Below, piece by piece: positions 48,486 to 58,464 of a DNA stretch of 64,000 nt; positions within the stretch are counted from its first letter, which is position 1; every line of letters starts with the position of its first letter. The notes under the pieces were generated by a model that was given only the letters and a program-made list of their open reading frames with translations, did not search any database and was not told the DNA's origin. The DNA lies in IMG/VR virus record IMGVR_UViG_3300038679_000032, positions 516 to 64,515 of that record; one strand, written 5' to 3'. The position numbers and the translations under genes are program-made. The DNA comes from a virus (lineage: Duplodnaviria; Caudoviricetes).

Positions 48486-49667
48486 TTAGTGCCCCCCTAA
48501 AGACCTTTTGATGTAATCACTCGCCCCGGAAGTAGCGGGTTTCTGAACCTTCTCCCCGTATCCTTTCGGGACATACTTAATTACTTCTTCCCGTTCCGCT
48601 TCAAGTGAAAGAATGGCTTGCTTAACCGCTTCCGGGTCTTTCGTATCGACCAGCCCCGCTAAAAGAGGATTCTGAATTGCCGTAGCAGTATCCACCATCC
48701 CCGTAGTTTTCATCCTTGATATGGCGGAATCAATCGCAGAAACACGGGCCATCGCTTGTTTTGGGGTGTAATCCGGTTTCATCTCCGTTGCCGAGGGTGC
48801 CTTTAATGACCATCCCTTCGGGGGAGAATAGGGCTTCCCCTTTTCAACAGGAACAATCTGCGTGGCCCCGCCGGGACCGTAAATCGTCGCCTGACCGGGT
48901 GTGGCTTCCTTTGCCGGATTAGTATAAACTGGCTGATTGTCCGGGCCAAGAACCGTAGCACCCGGGGCCACAACAGTAGGTCGCCCGGTTGTCGCCCTTG
49001 TTCCCTTCAGCCCATCCAGTTCAGGAACCATTCGTTGATTCTTTTTGTCATACCAATGGGAGACTCCCTTTTCATCGACCATTTCCTGAAGGTCGCCCCC
49101 TTCCATCAGCCCATACAGTTTATTGATGGAGTTTTTCTGCTCATTGAGTTTCTTGATTGCAAACTCTCTTTGCACCTTCATATCGGGGGCTTCGGGAATC
49201 TCCTGCCCTGCCGCATCTTTCTTTGGTTGAAGTGCCTGTAGCTGTAAATCAATGTCTGCAAGGGTGGCTACTGCGGCCCGTTTCGCAAAAGGAACACTGT
49301 TGATTTGCTCAAACACTTTCGGGACATTCTTGTTTCGGACAAACTTCCTTCCTTCGGGGTCGGTTTCCATAAAGGGAAGTGCCGCCTCTCCGTAGAGTTG
49401 TTTCGTCATGGGCCTATCAGGGAACATCTTGCCGAGTGTTTCATCAACATACACGGGCTTGTTGCCGATTTCCGCTTCCTGTAATTGGATGTCCTGAAGT
49501 TTCCCCTGCCGTTGAAGGTTCTGCATTCTCAACGGGGCTTCCTGTTCTTCCCGTTCCATGAGGTTCTTTTGCCTCATTATTCCCTGGATGGCCCCGACAT
49601 TCCCGATAGCGGATTGAATCCCTTTTCCGGCTTCAATCCAAGGAGAAGTGGTGCTTAGATTTGCCAT
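48486..49667 (-). CDS. Internal virion / ejection-type protein
   Basis: Position; Gln/Ala-rich helical N-terminus. Confidence 0.55.
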   Translation of the reverse strand: MANLSTTSPWIEAGKGIQSAIGNVGAIQGIMRQKNLMEREEQEAPLRMQNLQRQGKLQDIQLQEAEIGNKPVYVDETLGKMFPDRPMTKQLYGEAALPFMETDPEGRKFVRNKNVPKVFEQINSVPFAKRAAVATLADIDLQLQALQPKKDAAGQEIPEAPDMKVQREFAIKKLNEQKNSINKLYGLMEGGDLQEMVDEKGVSHWYDKKNQRMVPELDGLKGTRATTGRPTVVAPGATVLGPDNQPVYTNPAKEATPGQATIYGPGGATQIVPVEKGKPYSPPKGWSLKAPSATEMKPDYTPKQAMARVSAIDSAISRMKTTGMVDTATAIQNPLLAGLVDTKDPEAVKQAILSLEAEREEVIKYVPKGYGEKVQKPATSGASDYIKRSLGGH

Positions 49668-49676
49668 GATGTCCTC

Positions 49677-50984
49677 CTATTCAATCCCTTCTTTGAGTTG
49701 CGGGGCATACTGCCTAATCAGTTTGTTCGTTTCGTCACGATACATTTCAAACGCCTCTTCCAACTTATCATTTCTGATAAGGTCTATGATCGGAAGGACC
49801 ATAGATTCCTTTAATGTCGCGTAGAAGGTAAGCAGTTCTTCCTCTTGTTTGTTGATTTCTCTGACCAGTTTCTTTCCCTTTACAATGTATTGTCTCAGCC
49901 ATTCACGGTGATTCTTCAGTGTGTATCGCCGGAGCTTCTTGAGGCTCACATGGTCGTCCTCAGAAAGTCCGATTCTGTTGGATACTTCGGTGCAGAGCCA
50001 TGTGCTACCAGTAATCTTTCCGATGGTGGAGTTGTATCCTTCCCTGAACATCTGGCCGCCTTCATTCACGGACCAGTCGATAAGGCCGACGGTAGCCCCG
50101 ATTCCGGCACCGATAGCCGTTCCGACTCCGGGAACGATGGACCCGATAGCGGCACCGCCCGCCGCACCACCGCCAACCTTACCCACAAAGGATGTCTCTC
50201 TCTCCCCGCCCGGAAGCTGGTCGGCATAACTCTTTAACAGACTCCCCCCAAGGGTTGACCCAGCATACCCGGCGGCGGCAGGACCAAGAATGTTCATGGC
50301 CCCGGTAGCCATTTCCGCAAAGGTCGGTGTGGCCGCCGTAGCGGTTTCAGTCCCTAACCCGCCAAGGCCGTAAAGACCTTCTATCCCCCCCGCTACACTT
50401 GATGCCCCCTGCACGGCAGGAACGGCAGAGGAACCAAGCGTCGTCGCCCCGGCTGATGTGAGTTCCGGGAACGCAAGAGAACCCATCGGAACCCCGCCCC
50501 CGAAAGCCGCAGTAGTGGCAGGAGCCGTAAGCCCCATAAACTCAGCTTGCGGAATAGCGGCACCACCCAAACCCAAGAAGTTGGTTTGCGGAATCACTCC
50601 CGCCCCCGGCTGAAATGCTCCCAACCCGGTTGCCCCCGCAGTAGCTCCCGTTTTCCCCATCCCGCTTAACAGATAGCTTCCACCCAAGGTTCCAAGCGTC
50701 TGAAGCCCCGTCCCGACAAGCCCCGCCTGTCTCGTTGCAGAAGAAGTGTCTGCCGCATTGGTCTGTCCTACATTGAATTGTCTCTGCGCTTCCTCGAATT
50801 GCGCCTTTTGGAGTTGCAGTTGCTTGTTTCGGTACATGTTGTTGTAGGCGGCGTCGAGTTCCCCCTGAATGATGTCATCGAGGAGCTTTGCCGAAGGAAC
50901 CCGTCCTGATGTCGCACCGTATTGATTCATGTAAGTGCCGAAACTGCGACTCCCCGCTATACTGGGATTGTAGATGTCTGCCAT
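49677..50984 (-). CDS. Gly/Ala-rich ejection (pilot)-type protein
   Basis: Long Gly/Ala hydrophobic stretches; position. Confidence 0.55.
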   Translation of the reverse strand: MADIYNPSIAGSRSFGTYMNQYGATSGRVPSAKLLDDIIQGELDAAYNNMYRNKQLQLQKAQFEEAQRQFNVGQTNAADTSSATRQAGLVGTGLQTLGTLGGSYLLSGMGKTGATAGATGLGAFQPGAGVIPQTNFLGLGGAAIPQAEFMGLTAPATTAAFGGGVPMGSLAFPELTSAGATTLGSSAVPAVQGASSVAGGIEGLYGLGGLGTETATAATPTFAEMATGAMNILGPAAAGYAGSTLGGSLLKSYADQLPGGERETSFVGKVGGGAAGGAAIGSIVPGVGTAIGAGIGATVGLIDWSVNEGGQMFREGYNSTIGKITGSTWLCTEVSNRIGLSEDDHVSLKKLRRYTLKNHREWLRQYIVKGKKLVREINKQEEELLTFYATLKESMVLPIIDLIRNDKLEEAFEMYRDETNKLIRQYAPQLKEGIE

Positions 50985-50993
50985 AGGTTCCTC

Positions 50994-53900
50994 CTAAGCC
51001 GTATGTTCACGCTCTTTCTGGTAAAATACACTAAAATACAAAGGTTCCATCCCCTTAGTCTCGTCGCCTGAAGTGGAGGACAACCCGAATGAATGGAATA
51101 CCGCCGGGGTCGAATAAATATCCTCCACATCGTTTGCGTATCTGTGTGAAGCGTCTGCAACCGATAAAGTGTAATCAGTCCCGGTTGCGCTTCCGTCTTT
51201 ATAATGAGTGAAGGTCACGCTTGAATCCGTGTTCTTCGCTACAGATACAAGGTTTGCCCTGAGTATTCTTGTTTCAGACAATAGGTCCTGAGGGATGGGG
51301 AGCTGGTCCCCGGTTTTAAGGGTGCAAGTAATATCCGTCCCGTCGAAGTCGGTCCCGTTTTCAAGCCTCTCCATGTATCCGGTATCAAGGAATCCGTAAG
51401 CAAACTGGTTCCCCTCATCGTCGGATACCATGATCCCGCATTGGAGCCTCTTATTGGTTCCTCTGTCAATCTCAAACCATCTCCACTTACGAAGGTCCAA
51501 GACATATTCCTTGTCGAGTTCATTATTGGTCACGGCTGTGAGCGTCGCGGCCCCGGTAGCGATACCAACCGTATCGGTCCCCTGAAGGATTCTTTCCCCG
51601 CTCACCCATGTTCCGGTGACAAGCCTCATGTAAATATACCCGGTAGCGAACCCTGTTGAGGGAGAAGCACTTGGGGATTCAGAGGCCGAAGCCGAAGGGC
51701 TTGTAGAAGGGGAGGGGGACGGACTCTCGCTCGGGGACGCACTCGGGGACGCACTCGGACTGGCGGAAGCACTTGGGCTAAGAGAAGGACTTGCGCTTGG
51801 ACTCACAGAGGGAGAAGCACTTGGGGATTCCGAAGGACTCGCGGATGCGCTTGGGCTGAGTGAGGGCGACTCAGAAGGACTCTCTGATGCAGAGGGGCTT
51901 TGTGATGCCGAGGGACTCAGACTTGGGGATTCCGATGGTGATTCAGATGCACTCGGGCTGAGGCTTGGGGACGCCGATGGACTCTCTGACGCACTCGGAC
52001 TCAGCGACGGGCTTGCAGATGGGGATAGGCTCGGACTGAGTGAGGGGCTTGCACTTGGACTCTGCGAAGCCGAGGGACTCAGAGAAGGACTCGCCGAAGG
52101 ACTCAGGCTTGGGCTTGAACTCGGGGATGGGGACGGGCTTTCGCTCGGGCTTGCACTTGGAGAAGCACTTGGAGAATGGGGGGTCCATGTCCCTGAATAA
52201 ACTACATGGTCCACCACCCCCGTAGCCCCGCTGGTGTTTCCGGTAATCGTATCCCCCGCAGACGGCTCGACGCTTCCTTCTTCAAAGGGAATCTCATAGA
52301 GGTCCGTCGAGAACATCCAATGGTATTCCATCTTGTCGTGGTCGATAAAGGCCACTTCCTGCCCCAAAGTAGATAAACTGGCGTGGGTGGTCTTGGTCTT
52401 ATCGAATACATCTCTAATGTCGTTTGAAACACACAAGGGAGCCTGACCGTTTGAAATGTAGATTCCGTTATGCCCTCTCCATATCGCTATGACCTTAGTG
52501 GCATTGATGTTATGCTCAAAAGCTACCGAAGCGGTCCCGATGGTTCTTGGGGCTGGACACCCGATAATCGGGGAAATCTTGTATCTTTCCCAAAGAGTCT
52601 CTTCAAGGTTCTGGGACCAAGTAAGGGACCAAGTTTCAGTCTCTTTGAATAAAAGGACCATGTTGTAGATATTGGAGGCGTACTGTGCGAAGATGGAGGT
52701 TCCCCCGGTAACTTCCTTGTCATCCCCGAAAAGAATCGAAAAGCTGTCATCCCCATTGAAAACATCGGGTCTGTTCTGTGCGGAGATAAAGAGTTCGTTC
52801 TTGCTTCCGTAATTGTCACAACCAAGCATCAATCGGTCTGCGGCATGTAAAGAGAAGCTGTACCCTTCAATCTGTTCCGAAACGGTGATTCCCCCGCAGA
52901 AGTAGATTCTCGTAGTCGCGTCAAGGTTCTTGTCCCACTTCACTCGGTAGTAATATAAAGAATACCCGTTGTTGATGGTTTTCTCTTGTTCAAGGGATAC
53001 ATCGGAATTGTTCCACGAAATGACCCCGGTTTTGGAAAGCGAAATCGAGCCTTCGGAAGTCTCGTCAGAAACGGTGCCTACGGTGAGGTATTCCTTCCCA
53101 TCCCAGTAATCCACGGAAACAGAAGTAGCGGCGGTGGTGTTCTCGTACCCCGCTGGGACGCTGAAGATAATCCCGGTCATCTTAGAGGTGAACCCGATTT
53201 CAAGGTACTGCGTCGTCGCGGTCAAAGAGCTAATATCGACATAAGTGTACGAATCAGAGGAGTCATAGACTTCTTCTCTGATGTTTAAGATGTAGTCCTG
53301 ATATGAAGTGGTATAGACATAGAACCCCGCAGGAGGAGCGAAAACACCATCCCACAAATCCACGAGAGGTTGGAACGGGGCATCAAGCGTGACCTGATAA
53401 AGCTGTACCGTAGCGTCAATTCCGACAAACGAGAACCTATAATAATACAGATACGAGGACTCCACGAAAGTAGCTTTCGCAAGGTCCACCGTGGTATCAA
53501 AGGTGATACTTCCGGTTTGGGCAAGCGTCTTTCCCCCGACAGCGGTTCCGTCTGTAGCGTTGGTAACAGCGGTCCACGCAGACCCGTTCCAGTAAGTCAC
53601 CGATACGGTAGCGGCGGTTGTGTTGGCGTTTTTGAGGTAGAACTTCACCCCCTTAATGGGCCTCACGGACCCGATGTAGCAGTTGGAAGTGTTCCCCCCG
53701 GCGGTATCATACTTTAGAGTAATATAGTCTTCCGTATCGGAATTAGTTAAGTATTCCGTATGGTCATAGAGAAAAGCGTCAAGCGAATCGTAATTCAGAA
53801 ACCTTGCGCACTCTATCTCATCCCCACCCCATATGCATGAATCTCTACCATTACAGTAGACTACTTGTCCGTTGGGGGCGTCCGAGAATTGCCCGAATGT

Positions 53901-54380
53901 GGAACCGGTGGAATCATTCCACAGCTCCGTCGCTTCAAAGTTACCCTGATCCGGCACATCTGTATCGTTCTGCAATACTTGTGATGCGGTGAAACCACTA
54001 TTGTATGCTTGGGCAAGGATATGGCTTTCTTCCGGCTGTGCCTTCTTGAAGTGGAACGCAGACCTTACTTTAGTGTAGGTCGCATCCATTACCGACGTGT
54101 TTATCTTCGTCATTCCAAGTACGCCTTCCGGGTGCCCGTCGGCATACCTCATGTTTTCCAGGGTAGAGAAGTTCTTCCCGATTAACGCAGAGTCGGTCCC
54201 GGTAATTAACTGGCCGTCTAAAGGAACGACATACTTCCCCTCTTGTTCATCCTGAATCCCCTGCACGCCTTCCATCTGGACCAGGGGGATTTGGAGGACG
54301 GTTTCCTTCTCGTTTTCCGGCCCCTGAACCGTAGGAATGATTGTCGGGGGTATGTTTAAGTTAAAACTCTTATCGGCCAC
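50994..54380 (-). CDS. Tail nozzle / tubular protein B-like with inserted domains and Ser-Pro repeat
   Basis: 1128 aa beta-rich; follows the adaptor cluster. Confidence 0.65.
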   Translation of the reverse strand: MADKSFNLNIPPTIIPTVQGPENEKETVLQIPLVQMEGVQGIQDEQEGKYVVPLDGQLITGTDSALIGKNFSTLENMRYADGHPEGVLGMTKINTSVMDATYTKVRSAFHFKKAQPEESHILAQAYNSGFTASQVLQNDTDVPDQGNFEATELWNDSTGSTFGQFSDAPNGQVVYCNGRDSCIWGGDEIECARFLNYDSLDAFLYDHTEYLTNSDTEDYITLKYDTAGGNTSNCYIGSVRPIKGVKFYLKNANTTAATVSVTYWNGSAWTAVTNATDGTAVGGKTLAQTGSITFDTTVDLAKATFVESSYLYYYRFSFVGIDATVQLYQVTLDAPFQPLVDLWDGVFAPPAGFYVYTTSYQDYILNIREEVYDSSDSYTYVDISSLTATTQYLEIGFTSKMTGIIFSVPAGYENTTAATSVSVDYWDGKEYLTVGTVSDETSEGSISLSKTGVISWNNSDVSLEQEKTINNGYSLYYYRVKWDKNLDATTRIYFCGGITVSEQIEGYSFSLHAADRLMLGCDNYGSKNELFISAQNRPDVFNGDDSFSILFGDDKEVTGGTSIFAQYASNIYNMVLLFKETETWSLTWSQNLEETLWERYKISPIIGCPAPRTIGTASVAFEHNINATKVIAIWRGHNGIYISNGQAPLCVSNDIRDVFDKTKTTHASLSTLGQEVAFIDHDKMEYHWMFSTDLYEIPFEEGSVEPSAGDTITGNTSGATGVVDHVVYSGTWTPHSPSASPSASPSESPSPSPSSSPSLSPSASPSLSPSASQSPSASPSLSPSLSPSASPSLSPSASESPSASPSLSPSASESPSESPSLSPSASQSPSASESPSESPSLSPSASASPSESPSASPSVSPSASPSLSPSASASPSASPSASPSESPSPSPSTSPSASASESPSASPSTGFATGYIYMRLVTGTWVSGERILQGTDTVGIATGAATLTAVTNNELDKEYVLDLRKWRWFEIDRGTNKRLQCGIMVSDDEGNQFAYGFLDTGYMERLENGTDFDGTDITCTLKTGDQLPIPQDLLSETRILRANLVSVAKNTDSSVTFTHYKDGSATGTDYTLSVADASHRYANDVEDIYSTPAVFHSFGLSSTSGDETKGMEPLYFSVFYQKEREHTA
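51657..52176 (-). repeat. (Ser-Pro-Ser-X)n coding repeat, block 4
   Basis: Interrupts ...VVYSGTWTPH / GFATGYIYMRLVTGTW... Confidence 0.95.
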
Positions 54381-55038
54381 CCTGAGCCTCCATCGTCACA
54401 TTATCGGGCAATTCATGGGCGAATCTTCCATCCGGGTACTTCGTCACATACTCGTTTCGTTTTCTCTGTATATCTACAATGTATCTATTGTAAGCGTTTG
54501 CGGCATCACCCCATCTCTTTAGTTTGAGTGCCGCAAAAGCAAGGGCAAAGAGGTACACGCACTCATGGAACTCCTGCGGGAGATTCGTCGGGGTGTCGGA
54601 ATCATTCGACATCACCGCCGCCGGATAACAGGAAGCGTACATTTCAAGGTCGTAAGTCGCCACATCCGGCACGGGTTCGACATAAGCGTAGTCGCCCCAT
54701 TGATACCAATACTGAGGAGTAGAACCGTCTATCGGGGAATGGCCCACGGTTTGAGGGAGGACATTCATCATCCCCCACCCGCCCTGAGTCGTGCCGGATT
54801 TGTATTCGGCGTAATTCACTTTCATTATATGGTTCGTAGCAAATACCAGAGGGACGATTTTCTGTGTTGCGATATTGTTGAAGGCAATCTTGTTCTCGTA
54901 GCAGAGGGCTTTGGCGGATACATCCTTGTACCCGTCATTCAAAAGAGAATTGAGTTCTGTGTTCGTAAGGGATGTCGTTGAGGCTTCGTTCAACTCATCT
55001 CTTATTAAACTTCTCATTGTGGAAAGTGTAAGTCCCAT
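54370..55038 (-). CDS. Head-tail adaptor / tail tubular protein A-like paralogue
   Basis: TMRSLIRDELNE...LLNDGYKD...LPQEFHE. Confidence 0.7.
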   Translation of the reverse strand: MGLTLSTMRSLIRDELNEASTTSLTNTELNSLLNDGYKDVSAKALCYENKIAFNNIATQKIVPLVFATNHIMKVNYAEYKSGTTQGGWGMMNVLPQTVGHSPIDGSTPQYWYQWGDYAYVEPVPDVATYDLEMYASCYPAAVMSNDSDTPTNLPQEFHECVYLFALAFAALKLKRWGDAANAYNRYIVDIQRKRNEYVTKYPDGRFAHELPDNVTMEAQGGR

Positions 55039-55039
55039 T

Positions 55040-55429
55040 TTATCCTCCGGCTACAACCCTTTCGGGGATATACTTGATTCCCTTCTTTTCGGCGTCCCTG
55101 TCGAGATAATCCTGCCTTAACTTACGGAGCGTCATCAGATACTTGTTGTATTCCCGCATAAATAAATGCCATTGTTTGCACTTCAAATACGCAAACGAAA
55201 CCGCGTAATCAATGATGCAATCCTGAAACTCCTTCGGCACCGCCCCGGGAAGGTCCGTATCGTCATCGAGGGCATGATGGGGATAGTCGGCTATAAACAT
55301 CGTTATCGTTGCGGAAGTCGCAGTAGGTTGGACAACCATCTTCGATCCCCATTGAAACCACCCCAAAGGATAATCTCCCGATAAAGTGTTGTCGTCCGGT
55401 TTTATGCCCAATAGTCCGTAAGCCATCAT
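55040..55429 (-). CDS. C-terminal half of a split adaptor paralogue
   Basis: WFQWG...QP...VPKEFQDCIIDYA aligns by eye with the C-half of 54370..55038. Confidence 0.65.
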   Translation of the reverse strand: MMAYGLLGIKPDDNTLSGDYPLGWFQWGSKMVVQPTATSATITMFIADYPHHALDDDTDLPGAVPKEFQDCIIDYAVSFAYLKCKQWHLFMREYNKYLMTLRKLRQDYLDRDAEKKGIKYIPERVVAGG

Positions 55430-56217
55430 GCACCCTTATTTAAGGAAGTGTTGTCAAGCAAACACATTCCTTTTCGTTCTGCAAACCTCTTGGCACATCC
55501 CTTGAATCGTTCCGCGACATATTCCAGAAATTTTACCGTCATCTCGTGGGCGGGTTCTTTATTATCCTTAATAAGTTTCGCTTCTTCCTGTAGATAACGA
55601 GAAACCTCAAACTGCGCCACGGTTCCGTTTATCCCAATCTGGTAGAAGTATATCTGGTTCCCCTCATCTATAGTTCCTCCATGAGAACGGGCGGCGCAAA
55701 GCCCCTGCTCAAAGGCTTTCATAATGTGGTAGCGTTCCTCGTCCTCCTCGAAATCGGCCTCCGTAATCTCCTCTTTCCCGATTCGTTTAAGGATGCTCTC
55801 ATACTGCGTCATGTAGGCTGCGATCTTCCGAATCGCACCCTTCATGTATTCCTGAGTCGTGGCGATCTGGCTCTCAATCTCTGCAATCTCTATGGTCAGG
55901 AGTTCCGCGTCCAGACCTTCCGATGTTTCAAGCGCGGCCTGTTTCTTCCGAATCTCGATCTCTTTCTTCTTGGTCCCGAAGTGCGCCTCCTGAAGCGCCT
56001 GCTTGCTCCGGTTGATCTCCGCGAGTATCTGCCGGAGGTTCCGCAATTCAGTCGGACAGCTCACCGTGAGCATATTGTCCATAAACTGCGATTGCGTCTT
56101 GTAGAAGCTCTCCGTGTCCCGCCTGATCGCGGGATACCCGGCCTCGATCCTTTCCAGCATAGAGTGATAGGCCACGGGGAGAGACGGGACGGTTTCGGAG
56201 ATGGTCAACGCTTTCAT
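55426..56217 (-). CDS. Helical hypothetical protein (KTQSQF...LRQILAEI family)
   Basis: Coiled coil; coupled to both neighbours. Confidence 0.7.
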   Translation of the reverse strand: MKALTISETVPSLPVAYHSMLERIEAGYPAIRRDTESFYKTQSQFMDNMLTVSCPTELRNLRQILAEINRSKQALQEAHFGTKKKEIEIRKKQAALETSEGLDAELLTIEIAEIESQIATTQEYMKGAIRKIAAYMTQYESILKRIGKEEITEADFEEDEERYHIMKAFEQGLCAARSHGGTIDEGNQIYFYQIGINGTVAQFEVSRYLQEEAKLIKDNKEPAHEMTVKFLEYVAERFKGCAKRFAERKGMCLLDNTSLNKGA

Positions 56218-57467
56218 GGCAACCCTCCGTGAGAATCGGAGCAGGAACCACAGCCTCGCCTTGCCACAGATAACACTCCGAAATCCGAAGCATTGCCGGT
56301 AGTGGCAATGGTTATGTATTGTAACTTTACCCCGCCACCGGCGATTGCCACCCCACGTGTTTTGCTTGATACGGCAGAGCTTCCCTGTGAGTCCGCATAG
56401 AGATCGCCGAAATCCACGGCATTGCCCGTTGAGGCAATTTCCACATAGTCAATGGTGTTTTTTGTATATCCCCCAATAAAAACGCCTCGCGTACTCGATG
56501 AGAGTGCCCCATGTTGATACCGTGCGACGGTTAAATCTCCAAAGTCGGTTGCATTCCCTGTATTTGCAATGGTTACATAGTCAATGATGTTCGTTATCGC
56601 TCCGCCAATGGTGGTTCTCCCCCCTCCGAATATCCCTCTCGTTGGAGATGCACATCCCGCAGCCAGATATCTGACCGTTGTGCAATCGCCAAAATCCGAA
56701 GCATTTCCGGTAGTGGCAATGGTTATGTAATCAATGACATTAAGAATGTTGGAGCCATCATATCCGCCCGCAAAACATCCCCTTGTCGATGAGGAAAGCC
56801 CTGCCAAATATGACTTCTTTACCGAAAGATCACCAAAATCAATCGCATTGCCAATGGTGGCAATAATTACATAATCAATGATGTTAGTATTTGCCGGTGA
56901 CACATCTACCCCACCAGCGAAACAACCCCGCGTCACAGAACCGCACCCGGCAGTAACCTCCGACCTTGCTACCGTTAAATCCCCGAAATCTACTGCGTTC
57001 CCGAGGGTAGAAATCGTAATATAGTCAATAACATTGCTTGTAAGCATAGCCATACCAGCAAAGAGGCCACGGCCAATCCCCTCCGGTTCCGACGGAGACA
57101 CAGAAGGCGATGCCGATGGACTTGCGCTTAAAGATTCAGAGGGGGACTCCGAAGGGCTTTCTGAGGCACTCGGGCTGAGACTCGGAGATTCACTCGGAGA
57201 AGCACTCGGAGAGGCATCCCCGGGGTCTGTAGGTTCTGAAATGTCCTCATCATAGACGACATAGTTTATCCGGTGCCCCGTCCACGGAACATCCCTCACC
57301 CCGGAAGTCATCGTGTATGCGTCCCTTACTTCCTTACAAAGAGCCTTTACGGAAACATCCATGTATCCATCATTGATAAGATTCAACAACTCAGCGTCGG
57401 AAAACATTCCGCTGAATTTCCCAAGTCGGGACCGAATCTCACTTTTCATGGTAGATACTGTGGGCAC
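56214..57467 (-). CDS. Adaptor N-half + Ser-Pro linker + repeat beta-propeller fusion
   Basis: TMKSEIRSRL...LINDGYMD N-terminus; about six TGNAxDFGDL repeats. Confidence 0.75.
   Translation of the reverse strand: MPTVSTMKSEIRSRLGKFSGMFSDAELLNLINDGYMDVSVKALCKEVRDAYTMTSGVRDVPWTGHRINYVVYDEDISEPTDPGDASPSASPSESPSLSPSASESPSESPSESLSASPSASPSVSPSEPEGIGRGLFAGMAMLTSNVIDYITISTLGNAVDFGDLTVARSEVTAGCGSVTRGCFAGGVDVSPANTNIIDYVIIATIGNAIDFGDLSVKKSYLAGLSSSTRGCFAGGYDGSNILNVIDYITIATTGNASDFGDCTTVRYLAAGCASPTRGIFGGGRTTIGGAITNIIDYVTIANTGNATDFGDLTVARYQHGALSSSTRGVFIGGYTKNTIDYVEIASTGNAVDFGDLYADSQGSSAVSSKTRGVAIAGGGVKLQYITIATTGNASDFGVLSVARRGCGSCSDSHGGLP
57088..57216 (-). repeat. (Ser-Pro-Ser-X)n coding repeat, block 5
   Basis: Translation. 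Confidence 0.9.
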
Positions 57468-57474
57468 TTATCAC

Positions 57475-58464
57475 CTACTGATACTTCAATTCACTTCTTC
57501 CGTCAGGAATTACTTCTATTGTGTTCTGCCTCAAATAATTGAGTTCGCTATTGTAGATGCTTTCAATCATGGAGGCGGGGCCGGATTTCTTGTCCTTGTA
57601 AAGACCCTTAGCGGTGGCATAAAGAACCATCAAATGCTGGAATGCGGGAGGAATCTCGGTCTGGTCCGTGGTGGCGGCGAAATCCGCTTCTTTTAAGATA
57701 TAAAGGTCATCCACGGTAAGTCCCCCGGTGGCCCCGGTCATCGTCGCGGTCAAGGTAAGTGCCGTGGTCCCCCCGCTTGTAATGTTCACGCTATGGACCC
57801 CATTTGTCGTCAAAGACTGGCTTGCGGTTCCCCCGGCGGTGATTACCAACCCACAGTTACTCACCCCGGAAATGGTTATCGTGAAGGTGTAATTCGTCGA
57901 TGCGGAAATGGCGGTTCCGTAAGTGTCAATCCCTATCTGCCCCGTGGTCCCGGTATAAGCATTGACGGAAGCACCGTTGGTGAATGTCCCCGTCCCGGTC
58001 CCGGTCCAACCCGCGTTCCACGCCGTTATCGGGTAGGTCGAATGTTGCATTTTCGGGAGGTCGGCGACATAAAGCCTCAACTGATAAATGGCATCCGGGA
58101 GAGGTTCTATCCCTATCGTGGACCCGAACTCATACCAGTATTGGGGGGTAGTCCCGTTCACAGGATAATGGCCCAATCTTAAAGGGTCTATCTTGGTGAG
58201 CATCTGAGACCTCCCTGTAGAGGGGACGTATTCAACGTGCATCACTTTATATGCGCTCGTGGAGACATTCCTCGTCGAGGCGGCGGTGACGGCATCAAGT
58301 ATTCTCCGCACGCAAAGCGTCTTTTGTGCTATGTCTTTCGCCGCAAGGGAAAGCCATCTCCATACCTCGGCTTGGGTAAAAAAGCTCGCCGTTGTCTCAT
58401 TCAGATAAGTCCTAACCCTTGTTTCCAAATCGCTCGCATCGAGCATCGGCCAGGTTCCGCCCAT
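57475..58464 (-). CDS. Adaptor paralogue with inserted Thr/Gly-rich beta-sandwich
   Basis: LETRVRTYLNE...IPPAFQHLMV; ~120 aa insert. Confidence 0.7.
   Translation of the reverse strand: MGGTWPMLDASDLETRVRTYLNETTASFFTQAEVWRWLSLAAKDIAQKTLCVRRILDAVTAASTRNVSTSAYKVMHVEYVPSTGRSQMLTKIDPLRLGHYPVNGTTPQYWYEFGSTIGIEPLPDAIYQLRLYVADLPKMQHSTYPITAWNAGWTGTGTGTFTNGASVNAYTGTTGQIGIDTYGTAISASTNYTFTITISGVSNCGLVITAGGTASQSLTTNGVHSVNITSGGTTALTLTATMTGATGGLTVDDLYILKEADFAATTDQTEIPPAFQHLMVLYATAKGLYKDKKSGPASMIESIYNSELNYLRQNTIEVIPDGRSELKYQ

Noticed and set aside
39165-57216. Mimicry of the RNA polymerase II CTD (YSPTSPS)
   Set aside because: Period is 4 rather than 7, Tyr and Thr are absent, and the context is a bacterial virion operon
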